NCBI RefSeq assembly: GCF_009914755.1
Contig: NC_060932.1
Strand: one strand, 5' to 3'
Length of the DNA stretch: 64,000 nucleotides
Origin: the human T2T-CHM13v2.0 reference genome, Homo sapiens
In this document: positions 30,640 to 44,570 of the stretch, one piece after another
Layout of the letters: each line of letters begins with the position of its first letter
Numbering within the stretch: position 1 is the stretch's first letter
Translations under genes and position numbers: made by a program
Notes under the pieces: model-generated
Database searches by the model: none
Told to the model about the DNA's origin: nothing
Seen by the model: the letters and a program-made list of their open reading frames with translations, nothing else

Positions 30640-30765
30640 AGGCATGGAGGCTCATGTAGGTATTCCTAGCACTTTGGGAGGCTGAGGCTGAAGGAATGCA
30701 TGAGACCAGGAGTTTAAGACTGGCCTGGGCAACATATTGAGACCCCATCTCTAAAAAAAAACATT
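30640..30765 (+). mobile_element. Alu left monomer (FLAM-like)
   Basis: agcactttgggaggctgagg...gagaccccatctctaaaaaaaa. Confidence 0.85.
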
Positions 30766-31284
30766 TTAAAAAAGAGTATGACAGAGAGGATCTAGTGATA
30801 ACAGGAAGGTTATCATGTTAACGTATGATAAACACATGTTTATCTTATACATTGTAGTACACATAGTTGGCATACAACACATGTATTGTCTTTATTACAA
30901 ACAACAAAGAAAATAAATGAATGAATGAGTGGGTGAATAAATGGGATGGGGAACAGCTTGAAAGACAGCATCTAGGGAGGGAAAAACCTACTGGGGCAGG
31001 TGGTAAGTGGCTCTAGCCTGACCTGCTTTCATTCACAGCCCCTAAGAAAACATGTTGTAAGTCCACACCCAATCTCACACCTTAAAAGCATAAGCCTTCA
31101 TGGAGATCAAAGGTAGGATTTCTTCTAGAAAAGACAAGAAACTCTTGAGGTACAGTACAGGAAGTGTTAGGAGCCTTGTTCTTCTTGAATTCATATAGGC
31201 ACCAAAGCTGAAAAATTTAGCAAGACATGCTGGACTTTTTCTCTCTTCTATCTTTCCTTTCTTCCTTTCTTTATTGTATAATGA

Positions 31285-31480
31285 CCCTTATTAGAACTTA
31301 CTCTGTGTAAGGCACTGACATAAATGTCTTACAAGCTTTATTTTCTCACAACAACTCAGAGAGGCATTATAATTATTATTTTACTATTGAGGAAACTGAG
31401 GCTTAGAGAGAGGTTAAATGACTTGTCTAGTATCATGGAGCTGGTAACTAGCAAAATAAAGTTGAATTGAGGCCTGTCTG
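31285..31480 (-). mobile_element. MIR fragment
   Basis: tgaggaaactgaggcttagagagaggttaaatgacttg core. Confidence 0.72.
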
Positions 31481-31482
31481 GC

Positions 31483-31737
31483 TTTTTTTTTTTTTGAGAC
31501 AGAGTCTCACTCCGTAGCCCAGGCTAGAGTATGATGACGCGATCTCGGCTCACTTCAACCTCTGCCTCCCAGGCTCAAGCGATTCTTGTGCCTCAGCCTC
31601 CTGAATAGCTGGGATTACAGTTGTGCACCACCACGCCCAGCTAGTTTTTGTATTTTTAGTAGAGACAGGGTTTCTCCATATTGGCCAGGCTAGTCTCGAA
31701 CTCCTGACCTCAGGTGATCCACCTGCCTTGGCCTCCT
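31483..31737 (-). mobile_element. Alu (AluS-like), 5'-truncated
   Basis: TSD ctgtctggctttt on both sides. Confidence 0.93.
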
Positions 31738-32764
31738 AGGCTGTCTGGCTTTTAATTACCACACTGTTCTACCTCAGACCTCAAGTTTTGGTTTGCTTTT
31801 TTAGCAAGAAAAATCTCAAACCAGTTTGTTCTTATCTCCTTCCTTGTTTTTTTTTGTAGCAGAAATTGGTTGATTCATTTAAAGCACTGAGAGAGTTTTA
31901 CCACTGAAAACATCAGCCCTTCACCCCTTACCTGTAACACCCAGAGATGTGTTTTCTTTGCCCCCTTTGGGCCACTTAATTACATTCTCTCTTCTTTAGG
32001 AGGAAAGCTGACATGTAATTATTTTCATGATTAACACTCTTGTGCAGCTAATTGTAATTATGCCTTATAATCACAGTTATGATCGTCAATTGCTCATTCC
32101 TGCCTCATTTGAATGTTTTTCTTTATTCCTGCTTCAAAAAGTTGATGGAACTTCTTGTATGCACTCTGTCTCTCTTCTAAGTCATGTGTGGTCATTATTT
32201 TGGTCTTCTCTGTTTGTTTTCACCCTTGTTCTTTTCCCACATTCCATTACGGCATCTCATTGGCTACTCTCCACTTGATGTTCCTTCTCATTTCTGGCTT
32301 GGCTTGCTTTAGTCTCCTATTCATCCAGTTGTGGAGGGTGGAGGGGAATTCCTGTCCCCAGGAGGATGGCCCAGCACATGACACCCAGGACTGGGCAATG
32401 GAATGACAGCAATTTACCAGCCACATATAATCATAGCCTTGGGGAAGGGACACTGTGCCAGGCAGGGCCCCAGTGCTTGCCCTCAAGAGCAGAGTGAACA
32501 AATGAGGGCGGAGGGAGGAGGGCTTTGTAGTATCAAGAGGGAGGGGTGCCTGCTGGTTCCTACCAGAGGAAGTGATTGGCTTGTTTAAAGAATTTGGTGG
32601 GCTTGCAGAGAACAGAAACTTGCTAGTCTGGGATAGGCGTGAACTGTGACTGGTTCCTATAATAAGGAGCATTGTTGGACCAGGGGGTCTCATTCATAGG
32701 AGCATAATTGGGAGGGGAACTTGTAGTTAGGCCATTCAAGAATTTTACCATACAAGAATTTTAT

Positions 32765-32870
32765 GTGTGCTTGTAATCTCAGCTACTTGGGACACTGAAG
32801 TGGGAGGATTGCTTAAGTCCAGGAGTTCAAGACCAATCTGGGCAACATAATGAGACCTCATCTCAGAAAC
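32765..32870 (+). mobile_element. Alu monomer fragment (FLAM-like)
   Basis: ttgtaatctcagctacttggg...ccaggagttcaagacc...gagacctcatctc. Confidence 0.8.
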
Positions 32871-33869
32871 AGAATTTCATCAGATGTTAAGGCAACACAT
32901 AATATAAGGCCTTATTTTAAGCCTTATGCTACAGTGCTCTCACCTTGAAGGTGGAACAATAATGGTATAAAATGAAGAGGCTTTCAGCACAGACCCTGGA
33001 GATGGCCATATAAGTTTGAGCTCTGGCTCCATTTCTTACTAGCTCTTTGATCATGGGAGGCTTACCTGACATTCCTGTGCCTTGATTTTCCCGTATGTAA
33101 AAGGTAAGAGTTCAGCAGCTACCTCATAGGTTGTCGTAAATATTAATCTTGTTATATAAAACACTTAGCTCAGTGCTTGGCCACTGTTTTGCTCAAAGCA
33201 TTTATCTAGTCTTCTTAACAAGTCATCTCTGGCTTTGATCTTTGAATTCTTGAAGGTCTAGAGGACAACTATACTTTCTCTATTTATTTTCTTTCTGAAA
33301 TGCTTAAAGAAAATGATCTGGCCTAATCTGGTTCTGGATGGCAGAACTCAAATTCTGGTGCCAGGCTACACTGTCCTTCCTAAATGAGAACCAAGTGAGG
33401 TCTAGGGGCCTAAGGCATCTCTTCTCACCAGCCTCCCGTCAGAGCCTGAGGACCACCTGACTATTTAAATCGGCAACACTTCAAACCATTCACTCTTCCT
33501 CAAACATACTTTGTCCTGGGCTGCAGCCTGAACCACTCCAGGGCCCTTATTCTATATTGTGCTCCAGGAGTTTCCAGCACATGGAATTGAACAACCTGGA
33601 GGCCCTGACATTGTCCCTTTCTATAGGCGTAACTCTCTGTTTCAGCAATGCCTCTTTATCTTCTCTGGCTATCAAAAGCTCTAAATCCATTAATCCATTC
33701 TATTCTTCAAGTCCCAGATGGTATCTCTCCATGAACCGTTCCCTTATATCCTCAGTAAGACAAGATGTTGTCCTTTTCTAAATGCCTCTATTTGTGGTTT
33801 GTTCCAATTTTGGACACTTATCTATCCTCACTGTGTCTTATCTTGCTGATTATATATACATTTAAAGTC

Positions 33870-34000
33870 TTGGTCTCACTCTGTCACCCAGGCTGGAGTG
33901 CAGTGATGTGATTACAGCTCACTGCAGCCTTGGACTCCTGGGCTCTAGTGATCCTCCTGCCCCAACCTCCTGAATAGTTGGGATCCCAGGCAGGTGCCAC
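33870..34000 (-). mobile_element. Alu right-arm fragment
   Basis: gtctcactctgtcacccaggctggagtgcagtg...caggcaggtgccac. Confidence 0.85.
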
Positions 34001-35247
34001 AGAGTGCCTACATTTTTATAAAGCCTAACCTCATCTATCTACCTAATATGTGAGTCTGGCACAGAGTGGGCATTTGATGCATTCTTGCTGATTAACCTTC
34101 CAAACACTGTGTGTGATGATCTCAGTCGGTCCCTGCTCTCGAGGCCTGGTGGGATAATGTAAACGGCGGGAGGAGCAGGGCCCAATGTTACTGACAGGCA
34201 AAGTCTCCTTTGCCTCATTTTGGCTTCAGGAATTAGGCTCTTCAAGAATTCCATCAGATAGCAATGAGTGCCCTCATTTTGGCCCAGCTGCTGATGCTCT
34301 GCTTGGCTCTTGCTATCTGATAGAAGGAAATTGATCCTGTAATTGTAATTTCTAGCCTTAAATCAGAGAGTCATACAGAAAAGGGCTCTGATCCCGGAGA
34401 CTTTAGTGACTTTCTTTTCTGTGAAATTGTCCTCTGGGCAAGCTGACAGGAGGAAAAGAAACTAATATTCATTGAACACCTTTGAGTTGAATGCATTGTG
34501 TGACAGGCGTTATCACCCTAAGATTGCATCTCTGAGTCACATATGCCACGCACACATGTTGCAGGCTGGATTCTCCAGGAAGCAGGCCTGAAATGGAGAC
34601 TGGAAGGTGGGAGGTTTATTAGGGAGTGTCTGAGGGTTTAATACCCGTGGGGAAAGGGAAGGAAGCAGGCATTGATAGAGGAAGAAGTTGGCTGCAGTGT
34701 CGTTACTACAAAGATTGCAGCCATCACTGGAGTTGGGATTGCTTTTCCTCTCAGAGTGGGAGAGGGGCCCAAGCTTCAGGTAGTCATTGGAGGTGTGCTG
34801 TCTCTGGGAAGGGATGTGACCTTGGACAAAGTCAGGTGGCTCTTTTTCTTCAAGGACAATTGCCAGAGAGTGATGTCAGCTGAGGGTTGTCTGTAGGGAG
34901 CACCCACAGAATCAGAGGAAATGAGTCATTCATTTCTGAACAGGGAGTTGTATGATGGGGCCTAGTATTCACTATAACACATTTCAGATTTTTGTTAAAC
35001 CCATGCCCTTTGCCTGTGAAAATTGCTTCTCGTTCATAGTGGCAGGCCCCAGAGGCCATGTTTCGCTATGATACTATTCTCCAGCTGAGACCCTGGACCC
35101 ATGTTGGGCCAGTCAGCTGTTCTTTCCCAGGACAGTACAAATGGATTCCAATTAATTGGAATGGTGACAGCTATTTTATGCCACATACATGGAGATGTTA
35201 AGAAATCTAGCTCATAAAAAGACACATACATGATAACCAATGAGGTC

Positions 35248-35666
35248 TGCATTAGGCTGTTCTGGCATTGCCATAAAGAAATACCTGAGGCTGGGTAATT
35301 TATAAAGGAAAGAGATTTAATTGGCTCACAGTTCTGCTGGCTGTACAGGAAGCATGGCACCGCATCTGCTTGGCTTCTGGGGAGGCCCCAGGGAGCTTCT
35401 ACTCATGGCTAAGCCAAAGCGGGAGCAGGCATGTCACCTGGCAAGAAGGAGCAAGAGAGAGAAGGGGGTGTTCCCACACACTTTTAAACAATCAGATCTT
35501 GTGTGAACTCAGAGTGAGAAATCACTCATCACCAAGGAGATGGTGCTAAGCCACTGATGAGGGATCTGTACCCATGATCCAAACACCTCCCCCAGACGCC
35601 ACTTCCAACATTAGAGACCACATTTCAACATGAGATTTGGAGGGGACAAACTTCCACACCGTATCA
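35248..35666 (-). mobile_element. MSTB-like MaLR solo LTR
   Basis: tgcattagg...ccgtatca ends, 5-bp TSD aggtc. Confidence 0.9.
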
Positions 35667-35782
35667 AGGTCTCAAGAATATGAAGTATCAGGTTGCCTGG
35701 GTTCCTAAGGATATTGTATTTCCAGGTCCTCTTTGCTCATCAGGCTGGACTGCACTTCCTGTCCTTGGGTTCTGTAAAATAG

Positions 35783-36166
<384 letters not shown>

Positions 36167-36483
36167 TAAGGCCTCAGCTGAAGACACTGAAGTTCAGAGA
36201 AGTCAAAGAACTTATAAAAAATCACACAGCAAATTAATGACAAAACATTTTTTTTTTCTGACAGAGAAGTTTTTTTCTATTATACAATGTTACAAATTAA
36301 AAATTCCAAAAATAAAGTCCAAGTTTTGGAATTATTAATTTACATCTATCTTTTATTTTAAGATTTTAAAGTACATTCACATTCATCATTTCATTATATT
36401 TGATTAATACAACAAACTCACAGGTGTAGGCAGAGTAGATGTAATCCCCATTTTTCAGAAAAGGAAACTAAAGTCTAAGTCAG

Positions 36484-36874
36484 TGTATTAGTTCGTTTCA
36501 TATTGCTGTGAAGAACTACCTGAGACTGGGTCATTTATAAAGAAAAAAGGTTTAATGGACTCACAGTTCTACAGGCTGCACGGGAAGCATGGCTGGGGAG
36601 GTCTCAGGAAACTTACAATCATGGTGGAAGGTGAAGGGGAAGTAGGCATATCTTACCATGTGGCAGGAGAGAGAGAAGGATGGGGAAGTGCTACACACTT
36701 TTAAACAACTAGATCTCATGAGAACTCACTCATTATCACAAGAACGGCAAGGGAGATGTCTGCCCCCATGATTCAATCACCTCTCACCGGGCCCCTCCTC
36801 CAACACATGGGGATTACAGTTTGACATGAGATTTGGGTGGCTGGTGGCAGGGGCACAGAGCTGAACCAGGGTCA
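36484..36874 (-). mobile_element. MSTA-like MaLR solo LTR
   Basis: tgtattagttcg...aagaactacctgagactggg...catgagatttgggtgg; homologous to 9926-10306. Confidence 0.88.
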
Positions 36875-37873
36875 AAGTCCAAGAGAGAGGGAGTGGTTGA
36901 ATGTTGGAGGTGTGTCCAATTGAGCCTGGAAGTTTCTTTTTTTTGATGCCAACACACCCAGTTTTGGCCTGGGCAAGTACAGTTGGCTCAGAAGGAGCAC
37001 ACGTCAAGGTACTCTGCTAGGAGTTGGGATATGTGGAGTTAGAGTTGAGTGGAACTTTGTAGCTGAAGAATCATGAGATGCTGAGAGCTGAAAGGAGAAA
37101 GAAAACTCAGGAATAAAACCCTGTGGGAATTAGAGGCACCAAATCCTGGCAGAAGGAGTCTCTAAGATCTTGCAGATCCAAGAATTTAAAGAAGAGATTG
37201 GTGCAAAAATGAGACTTCCAATCTGTCTTGCTCACTGCTGTGAAGGTCTGCAGTGTGCTCTAAAGTTAGCTTAAAAAACCAGAGACAGGCAGATAATTTA
37301 CTCTCAAACATCATGTGACACAGGGTTGGCTGGTTCTGTGTACACTTTCCTACTCAGCAACAAATTCTTTTTCAAAATGAGGACAGGTATAAATAAATGA
37401 TAAACAAAGGAAGAAGGAGGGCCTCGGGCTAACATGAAGTTTAATATACTCTCTTTGACTCTAAGCTATTTTATCTTTGGAGTCTTGGAAAAAGATCTAA
37501 TATGAATGATAAATACTTGGAACCCTTTATGTACAGAATTTCAGTTTTCTTTCTAAAAAATTTCCACTAGTTTAGCTCATTCACTACCTATTCCAGATAT
37601 AGGAGTGCTAGGGTTCAGTTGATCATATTAGAACTGTGCATGTGGATGCCCTCTTTGTCATTGACTAACAAATCCTTATATCATCTGCCTGGCAGAGATT
37701 CTAGTGAGCAGAGGTTTCATGGTTAAACTGGCTGGGTCAGGGCTATTTTATCCTATTATTTCCAGGTCCACTCTTTATTCTCACATTGACCTAATAACAA
37801 CAGTGGATGAGGGAGCAGAGGTTGTCCTTTCATATGGATTTTTCTGAAATACACAATGGAATCTGATACATAA

Positions 37874-38178
37874 TTTTTTTTTTTTTTGAGACAGGGTCTT
37901 ACTCTGTTGCCCAGGCTGCATTGCAGTGGTGAGATCATAGCTCATTGCAGCCTCAACCTTCTGAGCTCAAGGGATCCTTCTGCTTCAGCCTCCCCAGTAG
38001 TTGGGACTACAGGGGCATGCCACTACACGTGGATAATTAAAAAAGAATTTCTTTTTGTAGAGATTGGGGTATTGTTATGGTGCCCAGGCTGCTCTCCAAC
38101 TCCAGGGCTCAAGCAATCGTCCCACCTCTGCTTCCCAAATCACTGGGATTACAGGTATGAGCTACCAAGCCCCACCCT
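37874..38178 (-). mobile_element. Alu (AluJ-like)
   Basis: Diverged dimer with T tail. Confidence 0.9.
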
Positions 38179-39042
38179 GATGCATACATTTTTGAGAAGG
38201 TAGATATGCATCTTCAAGAGCGACAATATTGAGGCAGTAGAGTGTGTGCATGTGAGTATATGTGCACATGTTTGTTGTGCATGGTTTTATGGATAAAGAT
38301 GAGGAAAACGTGAGTATGGTGGGTATAGGGTGGTCAAATGTCTGCTTTAGGAAATCTTTTCATTCTTTTCACACTAAGAGCAATTAAAAATGTTACTTCT
38401 GTGATCTTATATTTCTCTAAAACTTGGATTCTGCCCATGTTTCTCCTCATTTCACCTCTAACAGAGAGCACTGGGGCAGAGCTGTAGCTGCAAAAGGATT
38501 CTATTACATACACTGGAGAAGTCAGAGTCCTCCTCAGATGAATAAAGGGCAGACCTCCAACCCTGAGGTGACGGTGTTATTAATAAAGCCTACAGCAAAA
38601 TATTTGTTTTGGGTGCTAATGTGAACCAAAAGTCTTATCTGGGATCCTCATTTCTTGGGATGTTTCATATTCTGCGTGGGCTTCTCTGCAGTGGTGCTTA
38701 GGACTGTTGCATGCCCTTGGGATCCTGCTGTTCCTCCTCAGCCATGGCGGCACTGACTCTGTCTCTCTCAGGATCCACTTTTCCAGCATCTTCACTAAAT
38801 CAAGCTGCTTCCCTACCAGAAATATCTTCAATATTTTACTGGGCTAATTAGTTAGATCAGAATTTATACATTAGAAGGCGCAGTAAGGGCTTATTTTGAC
38901 AAATGCAAAAACTCAGACTCATAAATTTTGGCCATTTAGCCAAAAGAGCACAGAACTGGTGGAGAGGAAATTAGGAACCCAGGGACATGTGACTCCCAAT
39001 CCCGGGCTCTTTCCATCCTGGTGATTCTGTGGTATTTAATGA

Positions 39043-39340
39043 TTTTATTTTATTTCTTTTAGACAGAGTCTCGCTCTGTTGCCCATGCTGGAGTGCAGTG
39101 GTGCAAACTTGGCTCACTGCAACCTCGGCCTCCTTGGTTCAAATGATGCTCTTGCCTCAGCCTCTAGAATATCTAAGATTACAGGTGCCCACCATCACAC
39201 CTGGCCAATTTTTGTATTTTTAGTAGAGATGGGGTTTCACCATGTTGACCAGGCTGGTCTTGAACCCCTGACCTCAAGTGATCTGCCTGCCTTGGCCTCC
39301 CAAAGTTCTGGGGTTACAGACATGAGCCACTGTGTCCAGA
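39043..39340 (-). mobile_element. Alu
   Basis: Dimer, TSD gtatttaatgatt. Confidence 0.93.
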
Positions 39341-39639
39341 CAGTATTTAATGATTAATTTGCTCGGATGCTTGTACTTACCAAACAACTCTAAAACACTC
39401 ACTGAATTTTTGAACTCATACCTAATATTCTTCCCTATCCTGCTGCAGGAGACCAGGGACAGAGATTGCTTCCTTAATTTCACATGGGAATATTAAACAT
39501 TTAACACATTTAAACAGCAGTGCTTAAGTGGTGGTTTTCAAACACTTTGAGGGGAATGCCCTTGTACTGGGTTCTATGCATTGGGGTAGATTTGGGGAGA
39601 AGAAGTGCAAACCAGACTTGCTCTTACAATGAACTTGCT

Positions 39640-41704
39640 CTCACAGTTCCACATGGCTGGGGAGGCCTCACAATCATGACAGAATATGAAGGAAGAGCAA
39701 AGGACGTCTTACATGGCACCAGGCAAAAGAAACATGTGCAGGGAAAATCCCCTTTATAAAACCATCAGATCTCCTGAGACTTATTCACTAACATGAGAAC
39801 AGCATGGGAAAAACCTGCCCCCATGATTCAATTACCTCCCACCAGTTCCTTTCCATGACATATGGGAATTATGGGAGCTACAAGTTAAGATGAGATTTGG
39901 GTGGGGACACAGCCAAACCATGTCATTGCACCCCTGATCCCTCCCAAATCTCATGTCCTCACATTTCAAAACCAATCATGCCTCCCCAACAGTCCTCCAA
40001 AGTCTTAACTCATTTCAGCATTAACTCAAAAGTCCACAATCCAAAGTCTCATCTGAGACAAGGCAAGTCCCTTCTGACTGTCAGCCTGTAAAATCAAAAG
40101 CAAATTAGTTACTTCCTAGATACAATGTGTGTACAGGCATTGGGTAAATATATCTATTTTAAATGGGAGAAAATGGCCAAAGCAAAAGGGTTACAGGCCC
40201 CATGCAAGTCTGAAATACAATAAGACAGTCATTAAATCTTAAAGATCCAAAATGATTTCCTTTGACTCCATGTCTCACATCCAGGTTTCGCTGATACAAG
40301 AGGTGGGCCCCCAAAACCTTGGGCAGCACCATCCCTGTGGCTTTGCAGGGTACAGCTCCACCTCCGGGCTGCTTTCACAGGCTGGTGTTGAGTGTCTGAG
40401 GATTTTCCAGGTGCACAGTGCAAGATTTCATTGAATCTACCATTCTGGGTCTGGAGAATGATGGCCCTCTTCTCACAGCTCCACTAGGCAGTGCCCCAAT
40501 AGGCACTCCGTGTGGGGCCTCTGACCCCACGTTTCCCTTCTGTACTGCCCTAGCAGAGGTTCTCCTTGAGGGCTCTGCCCCTGCAGCAATCTTCTGCCTG
40601 GACATCCATGCCTTTCCATACATCCTCTGAAATCTAGGCGGAGGTTTTCAAACCTCAGTTCTTGACTTCTGTGCACCCACAGGCTCCACACCATGTGAAA
40701 GCTGCCAAGGCCTGGGGCTTGCACCCTCTGAAGCAACTCCCTAAGCTCTATGTTGGCCCATTTTAGCCACAGCTGGAGCTGAAGCAGCTGGGACACAGGG
40801 CACCATGTCGGAAGGCAGCATAGACACAGGGCACCATGTCGGAAGGCAGCATAGAGCAGGGAGGCCCTGGGCCCAGCCCAACCATTTTTTCCTCCTAGAT
40901 CTTCAGGCCTGTGATGGGAGGGGCTGTGTGAAGGTCTCTGACATGCCCTGGAGACATTTTCCCCATTGTGGTGGTGATTAACGTTTGGCTTCTTGTTACT
41001 TATGCATATTTCTGTAGCCCCTTGAATTTCTCCCCAGAAAATGGGTTTTTCTTTTCTACCTCATGGTCAGGCTGCAAATCTTCCCAATTTTTATGCTCTG
41101 CTTTCTCTTGAACCCTTTGCCACTTAGAAATTTTTCTACCACATACCCTAAATCTTCTCTTTCAAGTTCAGAGTTCCACAGCTCTCTAGGCCAGGGGCAA
41201 AATGATGCCAGTCTCTTTACATAGCAAGAGTGACCTTTACTCCAGTCCCCAACAAGTTCCTCATCTCCATCTGAGACTACCTCAGCCTGGACTTTATTGT
41301 CCATATTACTATCAGCATTTTGGTCAAAGCCATTCAACAAGTCTCTAGAAAGTTTCAAACTTTCCCACATCTTACTGTCTTCTGAGCCCTCCAAGTCTCT
41401 AGGCAGCTTCAGAACTTTTCCACATTTTCGTATCTTCTTCTGAACCCTCCAAACTGTTTCAACCTCTGCCTGTTACCCAGTTTCAAAGTCACTTCCACAT
41501 TTTTGGTTATCTTTACAGTAGCACCCCACTCTACCAGTTCCAGTTTACTGTATTAGTCTTTTCTCATGCTGGTAATAAAGACATACCCAAGACTATGCAA
41601 TTTATAAAGGAAAGAGGTTTAATTGACTCATAGTTCCACATGATTGTGGAGTCCTCACAATCATGGCAGAAGATGAAGGAAGAGCAAAGGTACATCTTAC
41701 ATGG
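39640..41704 (-). mobile_element. THE1 (MaLR) provirus: partial LTR 39640-39925, internal 39926-41548, partial LTR 41549-41704
   Basis: gagatttgggtggggacacagccaaaccatgtca LTR end, a typical THE1-int body, then tgtattagtc at the start of the second LTR. Both LTRs are truncated at their outer ends. Confidence 0.92.
40792..40853. repeat. Perfect 31-bp tandem duplication in THE1-int
   Basis: gacacagggcaccatgtcggaaggcagcata twice. Confidence 0.96.
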
Positions 41705-41811
41705 GAAGTGAGCTTACTGAATATTCAGTTACTGGCTGACGCTGCCTTCCTTGTTCGATGTTTTGATACATGGAATATAAAACTTTGCAAAAATAGTTAG
41801 AGGGAATTGCT

Positions 41812-42512
41812 GGCCAGGCATGGTGGCTCACACTTGTAATCCCAGTGCTCTAGGAGGTGATATGGTTTGGCTTTGTGTTCCCACCCAAATCTCATCTTGA
41901 ATTGTAATCCCCACATGTCAAGGGAGGGATCTGTAATCCCTACCTGTCGAGGAAGGGAAGTGATTGGATTATGGGGGTGATTCCCCCATGCTGTTCTCAT
42001 GAGTGAATATGATGGTTTTATAAATTGTAGTTTTCCCTGCAGTCACACTCTCTCCTGCTGCCATGTGAGAAGGTCCAAGCTTGCTTTCCCTTAGCCTTCT
42101 GCCTTGATTGTAAGTTTCCTGAGGCCTCCCCAGCCATGCAGAACTGTGAGTCAATTAAATATCTTTCCTTTAAAGATTACCCAGTCTCAGGTATTTCTTT
42201 ATAATAGTGTGAGAACAGACTAATCTAGAAGGCCAGGCTGGAGGATTGCTTGAGCCCAGGAGTTTAGACTAGCCGGGACAACATAGTGAGACCCTGTGTT
42301 TCCAAAAAATAAAAAATAAAGTGAAAAAATTAGCCAGGCATGGTGGCACTTACCTGTAGTCCCAGCTACTCGGATGGCTGAGGTGGGAAGATTTTTTGAG
42401 ACCAGGAGTTTAGGTTACAGTGAGCTATGATTGCACCATTTCCCCCCAGCCTGGGTGCAGAGCAAGACCCTGCCTCTCTCTCTCTCTCAAAAAAAAAAAA
42501 AAAAAAAAAAAA
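41812..42512 (+). mobile_element. Alu (AluJ-like) split by a MaLR LTR
   Basis: First 46 bp at 41812-41857, remainder 42228-42512, TSD ggaattgct. Confidence 0.92.
41858..42227 (+). mobile_element. THE1/MST-type MaLR solo LTR inserted inside an Alu
   Basis: tgatatggtttggct...gactaatcta. Near-TSD ggagg/gaagg; Alu sequence continues on both sides. Confidence 0.9.
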
Positions 42513-42759
42513 GGAATTGCTAGTGTAGAAGAGAAAGTTCTATTCTGAGAACTTACAGTGTTCCATGTGGGTGAAGACAGAAACGGCCTCCTTGAAATTG
42601 AAGACCTAGATTTTCATTTTAATTGTAATCATTGACCATTATAATTTGGAAATGTGGGCATAATTTGTCAAAAGATTTATATCAAAAGAGATTCCTTTTT
42701 TGGAGATTTTAGAAAGAAGATAGCCATTTTTGTTGTTCACTTAAGGTCTGAACTTTCTT

Positions 42760-42896
42760 AGCTGGGGGCGGTGGCCCACGCCTGTAATCCCAGTATTTTG
42801 GGAGGTAGAGGCGGGTGAATTGCTTGAGTCAAGGAGTTTGAGACCAGCCTGGGCAACATGGCGAAACCCTGTCTCTAAAAATAAAATTAAAAAAAG
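42760..42896 (+). mobile_element. Alu left monomer (FLAM-like)
   Basis: Left arm plus A-rich tail. Confidence 0.88.
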
Positions 42897-43274
42897 AACC
42901 AAACTTCCTGTAAGTGGAAGGATAAAACAAAATTATTATACTAGGTTCCAGTAGCAAAATATATTTTCTTATCATGATACTTATTGATGTGATTGACTCA
43001 TAGATGCTAACATTTAAGTTATTTTCAATGTCCTCTTTCCTTAATAAGCTTTACTTCTTGCCTCTCTGAGAGTATCTTTTTTCTTATTCCTGATTGTCCA
43101 TCTTTTAGGCCAATTTCCAATTTATAATATAACCAGCCACTGAATTCTATGAGGCTGTGAATACCAAGAGGCAGTTTTAAAACATGAAGCGATGCAGCAG
43201 TAGGGCCCTCTTCTGGCCTCCTCCAGATCTTTTGGGAGGCTGAGTACTCTGCACCAATCAGGCAATAGGTGTGA

Positions 43275-43630
<356 letters not shown>

Positions 43631-44570
43631 AAAAGAATGATTCTTCTATGAGGAGGATGCCACTATTCAAATCTCCCCTTCTACTAGGTTAACGTTATTC
43701 AGAAAATACTCTAAGTTAACTCAATACTTATTGAAAGGATAAAATTGATTGAGTATATCTATATTTTTTACTTTTGATGTTTTTGTCTTGCAAACTTATA
43801 GAAGCATAGAGAAGAATAAAAATTCCTGCACCCTCAATTCCACCACTCAGAAGTTTTCAGCAGTAGCATTTGGTGTTCATTATTCTATTTATATACACTG
43901 TACATGTGGATACAGGGCAAGCAGTAATTTCATAAAATAGAATCAGATCAATATGTTTCTTTTAGTATTAACTTTAGTTTTATATGAAATTAGGAAGAAA
44001 AAGAAACAAGTGAATTTATAGGAATTGTTGAACTTATATCAACATTTATTCACCTCAAGAGTCATTGGTTTTTAAAAGATCTTTTTAAGGTTATGAGAAA
44101 AGACTAGGAGGATATTAAGAAACTGAAATCTTTGTGTGTTTTATAACTCCATGTTTCCATTTTTGACAGTATTGAATGACTCCTTGTTATAAAGATGAAG
44201 AAATTAGCACTCTGAACACCTCTCCCCACCTCTTTTCCCCTCCCCACCTCTCAACTGCTATTTTTACTGTGTCAGTGTTTATAACATTTACATTCTATTT
44301 GGCAACGATAATTTTCACAGTTATTTGATTCAAGTCCTATTTTTAAAAACCTTCAAATTCTAAAGATTGTAACACATTTCTTAGTGACATTCCTTCCCCA
44401 CTACACTTAGGATTTTGCACTTCTGGAGCTGGCCCTCCCAGCTGCCATTTACACCACCTGTTCCTTTCATTATTTCTTATAGGTTGGTTTCAGTGTGGCC
44501 CGGACCAAACGGCATCTTCTTTCCTGGTCTGTCCTATGGTTTTGTTTTTTTTTTTGTTTTTGTTTTCTTC

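Noticed and set aside
32330-34980. Two LTR-like stretches (~32330-32930 and ~34557-34980)
   Set aside because: They resemble old ERVL LTRs, but I could not assign family or ends with enough confidence to list them.
41338-41455. Imperfect ~55-bp duplication near the end of THE1-int
   Set aside because: Diverged copies, probably inherited from the element lineage rather than locus-specific.
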